Assembly (NCBI GenBank): GCA_050011535.1
Contig: JBEKIX010000008.1
Span: forward strand, 9,099-73,098
Direction: 5' to 3'
Length of the DNA: 64,000 bases
DNA from: Acidobacteriota bacterium
Lineage (GTDB): Bacteria > Acidobacteriota > UBA6911
Positions 41,001-51,957 of this stretch are shown here, in pieces; the first letter of the stretch is position 1; each line of letters starts with the position of its first letter. A model generated the notes under the pieces. The model made no database searches, was not told the origin of the DNA, and saw nothing but the letters and a program-made list of their open reading frames with translations. A program made the position numbers and the translations under genes.

Positions 41001-42410
41001 ATGGCTCACATGACGGTGACACAAGTGGAAGAAGTAACCGGGGGAGTCCTGGTTTCGGGACCAAAGGGGGCTTCCCTGTCGGGAGTTTCGATCGACACCC
41101 GCACGCTGCGCCCATCCGACCTTTTTTTCGCGATTCGCGGCGCGCGCAACGACGGCCATGACTTCGTGCCGGCAGCGCTCCGGCAAGGGGCTTGCGGAGC
41201 CGTCGTTGACGTCCATTACGAGATTCCGGAGGGAATTCCCGCCAACAAGATCCTCCTGCGCGTAGCTGACACCCACGAGGCGCTGAAGGATCTGGCAGCC
41301 GACGTGCGCAGGCGCTGGCATGGCAGTCTCGTCGGCATTACCGGCAGCATGGGCAAGACGACCACGAAGGAATTCATGGCCCAAGTCCTGCAGACGGAAT
41401 TCAGCGTTTATCGCTCTCCCGGAAACTACAACAACCTTTTCGGGTTGCCGCTCGCCCTCTTCGGCCTGAGCCCCGACGATCACATCGGCATTTTCGAAAT
41501 GGGAATGACCGCGCCGGGTGAAATCGCGGAGATGTGCCGCATCGCACTCCCCGACGTGGGCGTGATCACAAACGTCGCTCCCGTTCATCTCGAGTTCTTC
41601 GATTCGGTCGAGGCCATCGCGCGCGCGAAGGGCGAATTGGCAGAAGGAATCGCTGCCGGGGGAACCTTGGTTTACAACGCCGACGATCCGCTCGTTCGCA
41701 AGATTGCCGCGCGCCATACCGGTGACCGGATCTCCTTCGGTTTTTCCGCAGACGCCGATATCCGCGCTGAGGATGCCGAAGTGACAGGCCTGATGGAGAC
41801 CCGATTCCGCCTGATTTGCGAAGGCGCGGAACGGCGCGTGATTATTCCTCTTTGCGGCGCGCATTTCGTCATGAACGCACTCCCCGCGGTCGCCCTCGCA
41901 CGCCGCTACACGATTGATCCCGGGCAGATCGTAGAAAGCTTGCGGCATCTGCGCCAGGCGCAAATGCGCGGCCAAGTTCTGCACTTCCGGGAAGGGTTCA
42001 CCGTCATCGATGATTCCTACAACTCGAACCCGCGTGCGCTGATGCTGATGATCGACGTCCTGGTGCAGGTTCCACGCTATTTGCGGCGCATCCTCGTCGC
42101 GGGAGAAATGCTCGAGCTCGGGAAGGATTCTGAGGAATTGCATCGCCAGTGCGGAAAGCTCGCGGCTGAAAGCGGAGTGGATGTCATCGTGGGAGTGCAG
42201 GGCGCAGCGCGCGAAATCACGAAGGGCGCGGCGGCTGCCGGCATGTCGGAGACCCAGATTCATTTCTTCACAGAAATCGATCCGGCCATCGATTTCGTTT
42301 ATCGAAACGTCCAGCCGGGGGATCTGTTGCTCATCAAGGGATCGCGTGGTATCCATCTGGAAAAGATGGTCCAGGCCTTGCGCTCGGGATATGCGGAGAT
42401 GATGGGCTGA
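41001..42410 (+). CDS. murF: UDP-MurNAc-tripeptide:D-Ala-D-Ala ligase
   Basis: [30 protein letters not shown]; start uncertain. Confidence 0.96.
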   Translation: MAHMTVTQVEEVTGGVLVSGPKGASLSGVSIDTRTLRPSDLFFAIRGARNDGHDFVPAALRQGACGAVVDVHYEIPEGIPANKILLRVADTHEALKDLAADVRRRWHGSLVGITGSMGKTTTKEFMAQVLQTEFSVYRSPGNYNNLFGLPLALFGLSPDDHIGIFEMGMTAPGEIAEMCRIALPDVGVITNVAPVHLEFFDSVEAIARAKGELAEGIAAGGTLVYNADDPLVRKIAARHTGDRISFGFSADADIRAEDAEVTGLMETRFRLICEGAERRVIIPLCGAHFVMNALPAVALARRYTIDPGQIVESLRHLRQAQMRGQVLHFREGFTVIDDSYNSNPRALMLMIDVLVQVPRYLRRILVAGEMLELGKDSEELHRQCGKLAAESGVDVIVGVQGAAREITKGAAAAGMSETQIHFFTEIDPAIDFVYRNVQPGDLLLIKGSRGIHLEKMVQALRSGYAEMMG

Positions 42411-43519
42411 TGCTCTATTACCTGCTTTACTCTCTTCATCAGATCATACCGCCCTTCCGGGTGTTCCAGTATGTGACGTTCCGGACGGCCGCCGCCAGCT
42501 TGACGGCGCTCCTCATGGGACTGATTCTCGGCCCCGTTCTGATCTCACGGCTGAGAAAGTTTCAAGTCGGCCAACAGATCCGGACGGACGGCCCATCCTC
42601 GCATCAGAGTAAAGCAGGGACCCCCACGATGGGTGGGATCCTGATTCTTGTCGGGACTTTGCTGCCGACCATCCTGTGGGCGAACCTCACAAATCTGTAC
42701 ATCTGGGTGGCGGTGATCGCAACACTTCTCTTCGGCCTGGTGGGTTTCGCCGACGATTACCTCAAGATTGTCCGCAAGCGATCGCTCGGATTGACCGGAC
42801 GCAAGAAGCTCCTTTATCAGGCCCTGATCGGGCTTGGAGTCTGCGTGGTGCTCTACTATCTGTCGTTACACGCCCTCTTCGACACGCGACTGAGCGTGCC
42901 GTTTTTCAAAAACTTCACGCCTGAGATGAACTGCTGGCGGCTCCTGGTGATCCCTTTTCCCCTGGCCTTGTTCGTGCTGCTCATCCTCGTTGGCGCCTCC
43001 AACGCAGTCAACCTGACCGATGGGCTGGATGGGCTCGCGGCGGGGTGCGTACTGATCGCCGCGTCGGCTCTCACGGTTTTGTGCTACGTCAGCAGCAACG
43101 CAAAATTCGCGGAATACCTGGACCTGATCAAGAACCCGTACGCCGCGGAGCTGACTATTTTCTGCGGCGCCATGGTAGGAGCGGTGCTCGCGTTCCTGTG
43201 GTATAACGCACATCCGGCACAGGTATTCATGGGTGATGTGGGATCTCTATCTCTCGGTGGCGCAATCGGCACGGTGGCGGTTTTGATCAAGCAGGAACTG
43301 CTGCTTCCGATGATCGGCGGAGTCTTCGTCATAGAAGCCATTTCGGTGATTCTGCAGGTTGTCTCCTTCCGTTTTACCGGAAAACGCATTTTCAAAATGG
43401 CGCCGCTGCATCATCATTTTGAGCTTTCCGGATGGGATGAGAACCAGGTTGTGATCCGATTCTGGATCGTCGCAATAGTGTTCGCGCTCTTCAGCCTCAG
43501 CACGCTCAAGCTGCGCTAA
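42410..43519 (+). CDS. mraY: Phospho-MurNAc-pentapeptide transferase
   Basis: [35 protein letters not shown]. Confidence 0.98.
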   Translation: MLYYLLYSLHQIIPPFRVFQYVTFRTAAASLTALLMGLILGPVLISRLRKFQVGQQIRTDGPSSHQSKAGTPTMGGILILVGTLLPTILWANLTNLYIWVAVIATLLFGLVGFADDYLKIVRKRSLGLTGRKKLLYQALIGLGVCVVLYYLSLHALFDTRLSVPFFKNFTPEMNCWRLLVIPFPLALFVLLILVGASNAVNLTDGLDGLAAGCVLIAASALTVLCYVSSNAKFAEYLDLIKNPYAAELTIFCGAMVGAVLAFLWYNAHPAQVFMGDVGSLSLGGAIGTVAVLIKQELLLPMIGGVFVIEAISVILQVVSFRFTGKRIFKMAPLHHHFELSGWDENQVVIRFWIVAIVFALFSLSTLKLR

Positions 43520-43531
43520 GGAATAACTGGA

Positions 43532-44920
43532 ATGAACGGCGAGATCGACAAGGCGTATCGAGGACAGACGGTGTTGATCGCCGGCGCGGCGCGGAGCGGC
43601 CTGGCCTCTGCCGAATTCCTGCTCACCCGGGGCGCGCGCGTGGTCTTGACCGATCTGAAGACCCAGAATGAGCTCGCGAGCTCTCTTGCGGCGTTGCAGG
43701 ATCTGGCGCGTTCCTCGGGCGAACTCATCCTCGAACTGGGAGGCCACAAGCCGGAGAGTTTCCGCCGCTGCGATCTCGTGATCCTCAGCCCCGGAGTCCC
43801 GCGGTCGCTTCCTCTGTTCGAAATAAGCCGCCAGGCCGGCATTCCCATCATCGCTGAGGTCGAGCTTGCCTTCCGGCATCTCCAGGGGGAGATCCTGGGC
43901 ATCACCGGATCGAACGGCAAAACGACCACTACCACACTGGTCGCGGAGCTGCTGCGCGGCGCCGGGCTCAGGGGATACGCCGCGGGAAACATCGGCAAGC
44001 CGCTCATCAGTTTTGCGGCAACATCGACCCCGGACGATGTCTACGCCGTCGAACTTTCCAGCTTCCAATTGGAGACCATCGACCGCTTGCGCCCACGCGT
44101 CGGCGCGATTCTCAACCTGACGCCGGATCACATGGACCGTTATCGCGACTATGAAGACTACGTAGGCGCGAAGCGGCGCATATTCATGAATCAGACCGCC
44201 GCCGACTTCGCGGTCTTGAACGCAGAGGATCCGCGCACGGCCGAGATCGCCGGCCAGGTCGCTTCGGCTGTCGTTCTTTTCAGCCGCCTGGGAGAGGTCC
44301 CGCACGGTGCCTTTTTCAAGGATGGTCGCGTGTTCTATCGCGACCATCGAGGCTTGATTGACCTGTTCCCCGCCGACATAATTCAGCTCAAAGGCAGCCA
44401 CAATCTCGAAAACGTGCTGGCCGCATCCGCCATTTCTCTGCTGGCTGGAGCGGAACCCGACCGTCTGGAAGGCGTAGTCCGCGGTTTTGCCGGCGTAGAG
44501 CATCGTCTCGAATGGGTTGCCGAAATCGATGGGGTGCAATACTTCAACGACTCCAAGGCAACCAATGTCGATGCGACCATCAAGTCCCTGGAAGCCTTTC
44601 CCGGCCACATCCTGCTGATTGCCGGCGGTCGCGACAAGGGTGGAGATTTTTTCCCGTTACGCGCGCTCGCGGCGCTGCGCGTGAAGCATCTGATCGTAAT
44701 CGGGGAAGCTTCGGGCAAGATTCGCGATGCTCTGTCCGATGTCGTCGAAACCAGCAGGGCCGCGAGCCTCCAGGAAGCGGTGCTCTCAGCCAGCCGGAAA
44801 GCCGCCCCGGGGGACACCGTGCTGCTCGCTCCTGCATGTGCGAGTTTTGACATGTTTCAGAATTACGAACATCGCGGACGAGTCTTCAAGGACGCCGTGC
44901 GCGGCCTCGCCGCGAAGTAG
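43532..44920 (+). CDS. murD: UDP-MurNAc-Ala:D-Glu ligase
   Basis: GSNGKTTT, ELSSFQ, NDSKATN, APACASFDMF. Confidence 0.97.
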   Translation: MNGEIDKAYRGQTVLIAGAARSGLASAEFLLTRGARVVLTDLKTQNELASSLAALQDLARSSGELILELGGHKPESFRRCDLVILSPGVPRSLPLFEISRQAGIPIIAEVELAFRHLQGEILGITGSNGKTTTTTLVAELLRGAGLRGYAAGNIGKPLISFAATSTPDDVYAVELSSFQLETIDRLRPRVGAILNLTPDHMDRYRDYEDYVGAKRRIFMNQTAADFAVLNAEDPRTAEIAGQVASAVVLFSRLGEVPHGAFFKDGRVFYRDHRGLIDLFPADIIQLKGSHNLENVLAASAISLLAGAEPDRLEGVVRGFAGVEHRLEWVAEIDGVQYFNDSKATNVDATIKSLEAFPGHILLIAGGRDKGGDFFPLRALAALRVKHLIVIGEASGKIRDALSDVVETSRAASLQEAVLSASRKAAPGDTVLLAPACASFDMFQNYEHRGRVFKDAVRGLAAK

Positions 44921-44932
44921 ACGGGAATAGCC

Positions 44933-46033
44933 ATGGCCTACAAAGCAACCAGCGATCGCTCTCTGTTCATCACCGCCAATGCACTCACGATATTTGGCTT
45001 GGTAATGCTCTACAGCGCCTCCTCAGTCCTGGCTTCCTATCAACACGACGGCATGTCCGCTTATTATTTCCTGCGCCAGCTGGTCTACGCCGGTGTCGGC
45101 TATGTGCTGATGGTCGCTCTGATGTATACGGACTATCACGTCTGGCAGAGGAAACGCCTGCTCGCCGCGCTGGTGATCGGGAGTGTCGCAAGTTTGATCC
45201 TTGTCCGAGCCGCGCCCGCGGTCAACGGCGCTCACCGCTGGTTGCGACGCGGCTCGGTTTCGTTCCAACCCTCCGAAGTTGCAAAGCTCGTGCTCTTGAT
45301 CTTTCTTGCTGCCTATCTGCAATGCCAAGAAACTGAGATCAACCGGTTCCGGCAGAAACTCCTTCCCTGCCTCCTGCTAGTAGCCTTGTTTGCAGGCCTG
45401 ATTGGGATCGAACCGGACTTGGGGCAGTCTGTTTGCCTACTGCTCATCGTTTTCGTGCTGCTGTTTATTGCCGGATTGAGCTGGAAATATGTTGTTGCCG
45501 CGATTATCACTGGCGTACCCTCCGTCTGCCTCGCGGTGCTTCTCTTCCCATACGAATTTCATAGAATCGGCACCTACCTGAACAGCAAGCAGGATCCTTT
45601 AGGTAAAGGCTGGCAGATCTCCCAATCGTTGACGGCGGTCGGCAGCGGCGGCATCCTTGGGTTGGGTCTGGGCGCGAGCAAACAGAAACTCTTCTTTCTT
45701 CCGGAAGCTCACAGCGATTTCATATTCGCCGTCATCGGCGAAGAACTGGGGCTGATCGGCACGATTCTGGTGTGTCTGGCATTCCTCTTCTATTTTTATC
45801 GAGGCATCAAGATCGCGCTCAAGGCGCCTGACCAGTTTGGTTTCTATCTCGGGCTGGGAATTACGCTCATGGTGGTCATGCAGGCGTTCATCAATGTTTC
45901 GATGGTGCTTGCGCTCATGCCCACCAAAGGCATCGCCCTCCCCTTCATGAGCCAGGGCGGTTCCTCCCTGCTCTTGAACCTGATGGCAACCGGGATTTTG
46001 TTAAACATCTCGAACTATGTCGAGCAATCTTGA
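44933..46033 (+). CDS. ftsW: SEDS peptidoglycan polymerase FtsW
   Basis: FQPSEVAK, EPDLG, LPEAHSDFIF, PTKGIALPFMSQGGSS. Confidence 0.97.
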   Translation: MAYKATSDRSLFITANALTIFGLVMLYSASSVLASYQHDGMSAYYFLRQLVYAGVGYVLMVALMYTDYHVWQRKRLLAALVIGSVASLILVRAAPAVNGAHRWLRRGSVSFQPSEVAKLVLLIFLAAYLQCQETEINRFRQKLLPCLLLVALFAGLIGIEPDLGQSVCLLLIVFVLLFIAGLSWKYVVAAIITGVPSVCLAVLLFPYEFHRIGTYLNSKQDPLGKGWQISQSLTAVGSGGILGLGLGASKQKLFFLPEAHSDFIFAVIGEELGLIGTILVCLAFLFYFYRGIKIALKAPDQFGFYLGLGITLMVVMQAFINVSMVLALMPTKGIALPFMSQGGSSLLLNLMATGILLNISNYVEQS

Positions 46034-46038
46034 ATTTG

Positions 46039-47145
46039 ATGAAGAATTCAAAATCGAGCAGGGTCATGATCGCCGGGGGAGGAACAGGCGGGCATCTGTA
46101 CATCGGCATCGCGCTGGCGCGCGAGTTACAGCGGCGGGATGCTGCCCGCGACTTTCTGTTCGTCGGCACGCGCCGCGGCCTCGAGGCACGTATTGTTCCT
46201 CAAGAGGGCTTTCGGGTCGAGTTCATCGTCTCGGCGGGACTGAAAAAAATGGGATTGTTGACGACTGCGCGGAATTCGCTGCTGATTCCCCGAAGCCTCT
46301 TGCAGGCTAGGCGTATAATTCGCACCTTCGCCCCATGCGTGGTGGTGGGTGTGGGTGGCTACTCGTCGGGTCCTGTGGTGCTGGCAGCATGGTGGTTGGG
46401 CAAGCCCACGCTCGTCATGGAGCCCAATGCGTATCCGGGTTTGGCAAATCGCCTGTTGGCGCCCGTAGTGAACCGCGTGGCCCTGGCCCTTCCGGATGCG
46501 GGCCGGTATTTCGGGAAAAAGGGAATCGTCACGGGAATCCCGGTGCGCGAAGAATTCCAGCACATACGCGAACGCGTTCGCCGAGCGGGCGATTTCAGCC
46601 TGCTGATTTACGGCGGCAGTCAGGGCAGCAGGGCTCTAAACGCAATCGTTTGCGCGGCACTGCCGGAGCTTAGAGAACTGGGTACAGGCGTGCGCCTGGT
46701 GCATCAGACCGGTGAGAAGGAGCTCGAAGAAGTGAGGCACGCCTATCGGGTCGCCGGCGTGGAAGGCGAAGTACAGGCATTTTTCCCGACCATTTATCGG
46801 CAGTTCGAAAATGCCGACCTGATTCTTGCGCGCGCGGGCGCGAGCACGGTGGCCGAGGTAACGGCTGCGGCCAAAGCAGCTGTCCTGGTGCCTTTCCCGG
46901 GCGCTGCCGACGATCATCAAACCCGCAACGCGCGCGCGCTCGAGCAGCATGGCGCGGCCAAGATGATCCCCGAGAGCGAATGGAGACCGGGCCGCTTGGG
47001 ACGCGAACTCCGTCATTTCATGGAGCATCCCGAGGAGATCTCACGCATGGAGGCCGCGGCACGGCGGCTGGCGAAACCCGAGGCGACGGCTCGGATTGCG
47101 GACCTGATCGAACAGCTCGCCGCAGGGGCGCATTCAAGACAATAA
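46039..47145 (+). CDS. murG: Lipid II GlcNAc transferase
   Basis: GGGTGGH, GGSQGS, RAGAST, DHQTRNA. Confidence 0.97.
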   Translation: MKNSKSSRVMIAGGGTGGHLYIGIALARELQRRDAARDFLFVGTRRGLEARIVPQEGFRVEFIVSAGLKKMGLLTTARNSLLIPRSLLQARRIIRTFAPCVVVGVGGYSSGPVVLAAWWLGKPTLVMEPNAYPGLANRLLAPVVNRVALALPDAGRYFGKKGIVTGIPVREEFQHIRERVRRAGDFSLLIYGGSQGSRALNAIVCAALPELRELGTGVRLVHQTGEKELEEVRHAYRVAGVEGEVQAFFPTIYRQFENADLILARAGASTVAEVTAAAKAAVLVPFPGAADDHQTRNARALEQHGAAKMIPESEWRPGRLGRELRHFMEHPEEISRMEAAARRLAKPEATARIADLIEQLAAGAHSRQ

Positions 47146-47172
47146 AGAACCTGCGGCACAGGAACCGACATC

Positions 47173-48543
47173 ATGTTCAAGAAGATTCAACATATTCATT
47201 TCGTGGGTATCGGCGGCATCGGGATGAGCGGGATTGCGGAGCTGCTGCTCAACCTCGGCTACAAGGTCTCCGGCTCGGACCTCAAGCCGGGCGCCACCAC
47301 GCAGCGGCTCTCTGCGTTGGGCGGCAGAATCTTCGCTGGCCACGCCGCTGAAAACGTGCGCGACGCCAATGTGGTCGTCGTATCCTCGGCCGTGCGGCCC
47401 GACAACGTGGAGGTCATCGAGGCCAAGAAACTTCAGATACCGGTAATTCCTCGTGCGGAGATGCTCGCGGAGCTCATGCGGCTGAAATACAGCGTGGCCA
47501 TCGCGGGATCTCATGGCAAGACCACCACCACGTCGATGGTAGCCACCGTCCTCGTACGCGGAGGCTACGATCCGACGGTGGTCATCGGGGGCAGGCTGAA
47601 TGCCTTCGGCAGCAATGCCAAACTGGGCAAGGGGGAGTTTCTCGTCGCCGAAGCCGACGAAAGTGACGGCTCCTTTCTCAAGCTTAGCCCCACGCTCGCC
47701 GTGGTCACGAACATCGACCGGGAGCACCTCGATCACTATGCCGGTCTTGCCGAAATCCAAAACGCATTCACGGTGTTCGTCAACAAGGTTCCGTTTTATG
47801 GAGCCGCTGTGCTGTGCCTGGACGATCCGGGTGTCCAGGCTATCCTCCCGCGTGTGGAAAGGCGCATCGTTTCGTACGGCACGAGCAACCAGGCCGATCT
47901 GGCAGCATCCCGCATCGAATATCAGAATTTCGGCTGCTCATATCAGATCCGCTGGCATGGCGAGTTGCTCGGCGCCCTTTCCCTGCAGGTGCCCGGCCAG
48001 CCCGGCGTGTTGAACTCGCTCGCCGCGGTCGCAATCGGATTGGAGCTGGACATACCGGCTGAGAAAATCCTCGCTGCCCTGAGCTCCTTCCAAAACGCGG
48101 ACCGGCGTTTCCAGATCAAGGGCGAGAGCCGCGGCGTGCTGGTCATCGACGATTACGGCCACCACCCGACCGAAATCATGGCGACGTTGAGCGCGGCGCG
48201 CGGTTCCACTGACCGGCGCATCGTCGCCGTGTTCCAACCTCACCGCTACAGCCGCACCAGGGCGCTCGAGGAGGAGTTCGCGCGCGCCTTCTACCACGCG
48301 GACGTGGTGGTCGTGCTGCCGATCTACGCGGCGGGCGAAGATCCAATTGAAGGCGTACGCGCCGAGAAGCTCGTGGCCCTGATCAAGAAGCACGGGCACC
48401 GCGACGTTACCTTCGCGCCCGATTTCCCCGCGGCCATGCAGACGCTGCGCGAACGATTGAAGGCGGGAGACCTGCTGATCACGCTGGGTGCGGGGGACGT
48501 ATGGAAAATCGGCGAAGAGATTTTGGGAAACGGCGTCGCTTAG
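47173..48543 (+). CDS. murC: UDP-MurNAc:L-Ala ligase
   Basis: [41 protein letters not shown]. Confidence 0.98.
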   Translation: MFKKIQHIHFVGIGGIGMSGIAELLLNLGYKVSGSDLKPGATTQRLSALGGRIFAGHAAENVRDANVVVVSSAVRPDNVEVIEAKKLQIPVIPRAEMLAELMRLKYSVAIAGSHGKTTTTSMVATVLVRGGYDPTVVIGGRLNAFGSNAKLGKGEFLVAEADESDGSFLKLSPTLAVVTNIDREHLDHYAGLAEIQNAFTVFVNKVPFYGAAVLCLDDPGVQAILPRVERRIVSYGTSNQADLAASRIEYQNFGCSYQIRWHGELLGALSLQVPGQPGVLNSLAAVAIGLELDIPAEKILAALSSFQNADRRFQIKGESRGVLVIDDYGHHPTEIMATLSAARGSTDRRIVAVFQPHRYSRTRALEEEFARAFYHADVVVVLPIYAAGEDPIEGVRAEKLVALIKKHGHRDVTFAPDFPAAMQTLRERLKAGDLLITLGAGDVWKIGEEILGNGVA

Positions 48544-48561
48544 CCTACGGAGAACCCAGGC

Positions 48562-49500
48562 ATGGAAATCAATACCGGCAGAACCCATAGCGAGCCCGAT
48601 GACGAGCAGTCGGTCGTCATCCCGCCAGACAAGGGGCGTCCGGCGCGAAAAAAAACGGCTCAGAAACCCCAGCGCGGCCGTCATCTGGCCACGCGCCTGC
48701 TGTCCGCGCTCAGACTATTGGCATACGGGGCCGCCGTGGCACTCGCAGGGTTGGCTTCATTCTACGTGTACCGATATGCGAATGCATCCGACATCCTTGC
48801 GGTCCGGAATATTGACATCGCGGGCTGTAAACATCTGCGCCCCTCGGATCTCGAGAAGATCGTCCGGCAGAATTTCCCGTCCAACACCCTGCGCATCGAC
48901 CTCGGCATGCTGCGCTCTCGTCTCGAACAGGAAGCATGGGTCCGCCGGGTCGAAGTCCGCAGGGTGCTTCCCTCGAGCCTGAAGATTTACATCGAGGAGC
49001 GGATTCCTTCCGTGATTGGTGAAATCGGCGGCCAGCTGCAGCTTCTGGACAGCGAAGGCGTTTTGCTCCAGGCTTATGATCCGGACGCTGAGAAACTCGA
49101 CGCTCCGGTCTTCAGCGGCCTGCGCGGCGACGACCCCGACGCCTATAGGGTGCTCCAGGAGGAGAATTCGGCGCGCGTTCGTCTCGGGGTTCAAGTCCTG
49201 GCCGAATTCGCTCAGGGGGCGACCGATCTCACGCGTGCCATTTCCGAGATCGACCTGTCCGACTTGGGCAACGTCAAGATTTTGCTCGTGAATGACACCG
49301 CCGAGATTTACCTGGGTGACCGCGATTTTCTCACGAGGTTCCAGGCTTTTATCGCGCAATACGACGATGTGAAGTCGCAGTATGGTGATATGGCGTCGGT
49401 GAATCTGCGCTTTTTCCCTGATATCGTTTACAACCCAAAGAATCCGCCGAGCGCGAAGCCGGAAATCAGGCCAGCGAATCGGCAAACGATCAGGAACTGA
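48562..49500 (+). CDS. ftsQ: Cell division protein FtsQ/DivIB
   Basis: Basic cytoplasmic tail, TM helix, POTRA (WVRRVEVRRVLPSSLKIYIEER), VNLRF. Confidence 0.9.
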   Translation: MEINTGRTHSEPDDEQSVVIPPDKGRPARKKTAQKPQRGRHLATRLLSALRLLAYGAAVALAGLASFYVYRYANASDILAVRNIDIAGCKHLRPSDLEKIVRQNFPSNTLRIDLGMLRSRLEQEAWVRRVEVRRVLPSSLKIYIEERIPSVIGEIGGQLQLLDSEGVLLQAYDPDAEKLDAPVFSGLRGDDPDAYRVLQEENSARVRLGVQVLAEFAQGATDLTRAISEIDLSDLGNVKILLVNDTAEIYLGDRDFLTRFQAFIAQYDDVKSQYGDMASVNLRFFPDIVYNPKNPPSAKPEIRPANRQTIRN

Positions 49501-49525
49501 CTCGCCGGACGGAGCAGGTGGAGCT

Positions 49526-50755
49526 GTGGGCAAGAAGGAACGAATTGTTTGTGGTTTGGATGTCGGGACCGAAAAGATCTGCTGTCTGGTCGCGCGCGCT
49601 CGGCCGGACGACAGCATCGAAGTACTGGGCAGCGGATACGCGCCGGCGGCCGGGCTGAGAAAAGGCGTCATCGTGGATCTGGAAGAAGCGGCCGCCGCAA
49701 TCCGCCGGGCGGCACTGGAGGCCGAGCTGAAATCGTCGCTTTCCGTGGATTGGGTCACCGTCGGGGTCTCGGGAGACCATATCCAGGGTGTGAATTGCCA
49801 TGGCGCCATCTCGATCGACGGAAAACATCACGAGGTGACCAACGACGACGTGGGCCAGGTCATTCAGGCTGCTCAGACGGCTCCGATCCCGCCCAGCCGC
49901 GAAGTGCTCCATGTTCTGACGCAAGAGTTCTTCCTGGACAACCGCGGTGACATCCGCAATCCCGTGGGACTGACGGGAATGCGGCTGGACGTGGATGTAC
50001 ACGTGGTCACATGCGACGGCGCCCTGATGCAAAACCTGATCAATGCGGTCAACAAGGCACAGATGCGCGTCAAAAAGGTCGTCCTGCCGCAGCTCGCCAG
50101 CGCCCAGGCCGTCCTGATACAGGAAGAAAAGGAAATGGGGACGGCCGTGATCGACATCGGCGGGGGAACGACCGACATTGCGCTCATCACCCGCGATGCG
50201 TTGCGCGCCTGTTCGGTGTTGCCGGTCGGCGGCACGCATTTCAGCCGTGACCTGGCCGTGGGGCTCAGGACCTCGATCGAGGAGGCGGATCGCATTAAGA
50301 GGGAATTCGGCAGCATCCGGTTCGATGGCTTCGCCGACGACGAAGTCATCGAAGTGGTCGGTGTCGCGATGCGCCGTCCGCGCGACGTCACGCGCCGGGC
50401 CATCTGCCAGATACTCCATGACCGCGCCGTGGAAGTGTTCGAACTCATCAAGGATCAGATCGCGCGCGCCGGCTGCCGCGATCAGCTGGTCTCCGGCGCT
50501 GTCCTCACTGGCGGAGGCAGCATGCTGGACGGGATGCTGCCCCTGGCGGAACAGATTCTGGAAATGCCGGTGCGCCAGGGCGTGCCCCAGAACATCGCCG
50601 GTTTGGCGGAGGAGTTGGTCCATCCGGTTTACGCCACCGCGGTCGGACTTACTATGTTCGCGACCCTGGACGGCCGCGACCCCAGGACTCCGGGCGGCAA
50701 AGCCAACACCACTCCTCGGTTTGTCAGCAAGATTCTGTCGTGGGTAGGCAGTTAG
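49526..50755 (+). CDS. ftsA: Cell division protein FtsA
   Basis: [24 protein letters not shown]-terminal amphipathic helix. Confidence 0.97.
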   Translation: MGKKERIVCGLDVGTEKICCLVARARPDDSIEVLGSGYAPAAGLRKGVIVDLEEAAAAIRRAALEAELKSSLSVDWVTVGVSGDHIQGVNCHGAISIDGKHHEVTNDDVGQVIQAAQTAPIPPSREVLHVLTQEFFLDNRGDIRNPVGLTGMRLDVDVHVVTCDGALMQNLINAVNKAQMRVKKVVLPQLASAQAVLIQEEKEMGTAVIDIGGGTTDIALITRDALRACSVLPVGGTHFSRDLAVGLRTSIEEADRIKREFGSIRFDGFADDEVIEVVGVAMRRPRDVTRRAICQILHDRAVEVFELIKDQIARAGCRDQLVSGAVLTGGGSMLDGMLPLAEQILEMPVRQGVPQNIAGLAEELVHPVYATAVGLTMFATLDGRDPRTPGGKANTTPRFVSKILSWVGS

Positions 50756-50778
50756 AAATTCAAAGTGAAGGAGAAACA

Positions 50779-51957
50779 ATGCAAGGGGAGAAACTGCGGT
50801 TCGACGAAGCACTACCGAAGTTGAGTTTTGACACTGATCGGCATCCTCCGGCTCGGATCAAGGTGATCGGCATCGGCGGCGCCGGCGGCAATGCGGTGAA
50901 CCGGATGATCCAGGCAAGGATTGAAGGGGTCGACTTCATCGCAGCCAACACCGATCTCCAGGCCCTGCGCAGCTCCATGGCACCCATCAAGCTGCAAATC
51001 GGCGCCAAGCTCACCAACGGTCTCGGGTGCGGAGCCATCCCGGAGCGCGGCCGTCAGGCCGCCCTCGAAGACACCGAACGGATCATCGAGATCCTGGACG
51101 GCGCCGACATGGTTTTCATCACTTGCGGCATGGGCGGCGGAACCGGCACCGGCGCGGCCCCCGTGGTCGCCAGCCTGGCAACAGAATTGAGCGCGCTCAC
51201 GGTGGGTGTGGTCACGAAACCCTTCCATTTCGAGGGCAAGAAGCGCATGACCCACGCGGATCAGGGGATCAGCGAACTGAAGGAGGTAGTCGACACCCTG
51301 ATCACCATCCCGAACGAACGCCTCCTCTACGCCATGGGCGCCGATGCGCTCCTGGAGGACTCCTTCCGCTATGCCGACGATGTCCTCAGCCAGGCGGTGC
51401 AGGGCATTTCCGATATCATCACCCTGCCCGGAATCGTGAACGTCGACTTCGCCGATGTGCGCACGATTATGTCCGGCAAAGGCATGGCATTGATGGGAAC
51501 CGGCGTTGCCGAGGGTGAAAACCGCGCCGTGGAAGCCGCCCAACGCGCCATCGCCAGCCCTCTCCTCGAAGAGACCTCGATTCGCGGCGCCAAAGGCGTG
51601 CTCATCAATATCACCGCGACGCGAAACTCACTCAGGCTGCAGGAAGTCGATGCGGCTGCCAAAATCATAGAGGAGGCGGCGAACCCGGAAGACACGATCT
51701 TCGGCGCGGTCTACGACGAATCAATGGGAGACCGGATCAAGATCACCGTGATCGCCACCGGCTTCAACATGAGATCTGCCGGCGACGTGCTTCGTTCCTC
51801 CAACGTGATCCCCTTGAGCGCCTCCGCGGAACAGGTCGCGCGTGGAGCAGGCCTCGAACATCATGCGGCCTCCGATAAATCGATCGATTATCGCCTGGCC
51901 TCGCTCAAAAACGATCTGGATGAGCCTGCTTTTCTCCGGCGGCGCGCGGAGAAATGA
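50779..51957 (+). CDS. ftsZ: Cell division protein FtsZ
   Basis: GGGTGTG tubulin signature, NVDFAD, C-terminal [10 protein letters not shown]. Confidence 0.99.
   Translation: MQGEKLRFDEALPKLSFDTDRHPPARIKVIGIGGAGGNAVNRMIQARIEGVDFIAANTDLQALRSSMAPIKLQIGAKLTNGLGCGAIPERGRQAALEDTERIIEILDGADMVFITCGMGGGTGTGAAPVVASLATELSALTVGVVTKPFHFEGKKRMTHADQGISELKEVVDTLITIPNERLLYAMGADALLEDSFRYADDVLSQAVQGISDIITLPGIVNVDFADVRTIMSGKGMALMGTGVAEGENRAVEAAQRAIASPLLEETSIRGAKGVLINITATRNSLRLQEVDAAAKIIEEAANPEDTIFGAVYDESMGDRIKITVIATGFNMRSAGDVLRSSNVIPLSASAEQVARGAGLEHHAASDKSIDYRLASLKNDLDEPAFLRRRAEK

Noticed and set aside
47173-49500. Absence of murB and ddl between murC and ftsQ as a novelty
   Set aside because: These genes are often located outside the dcw cluster.
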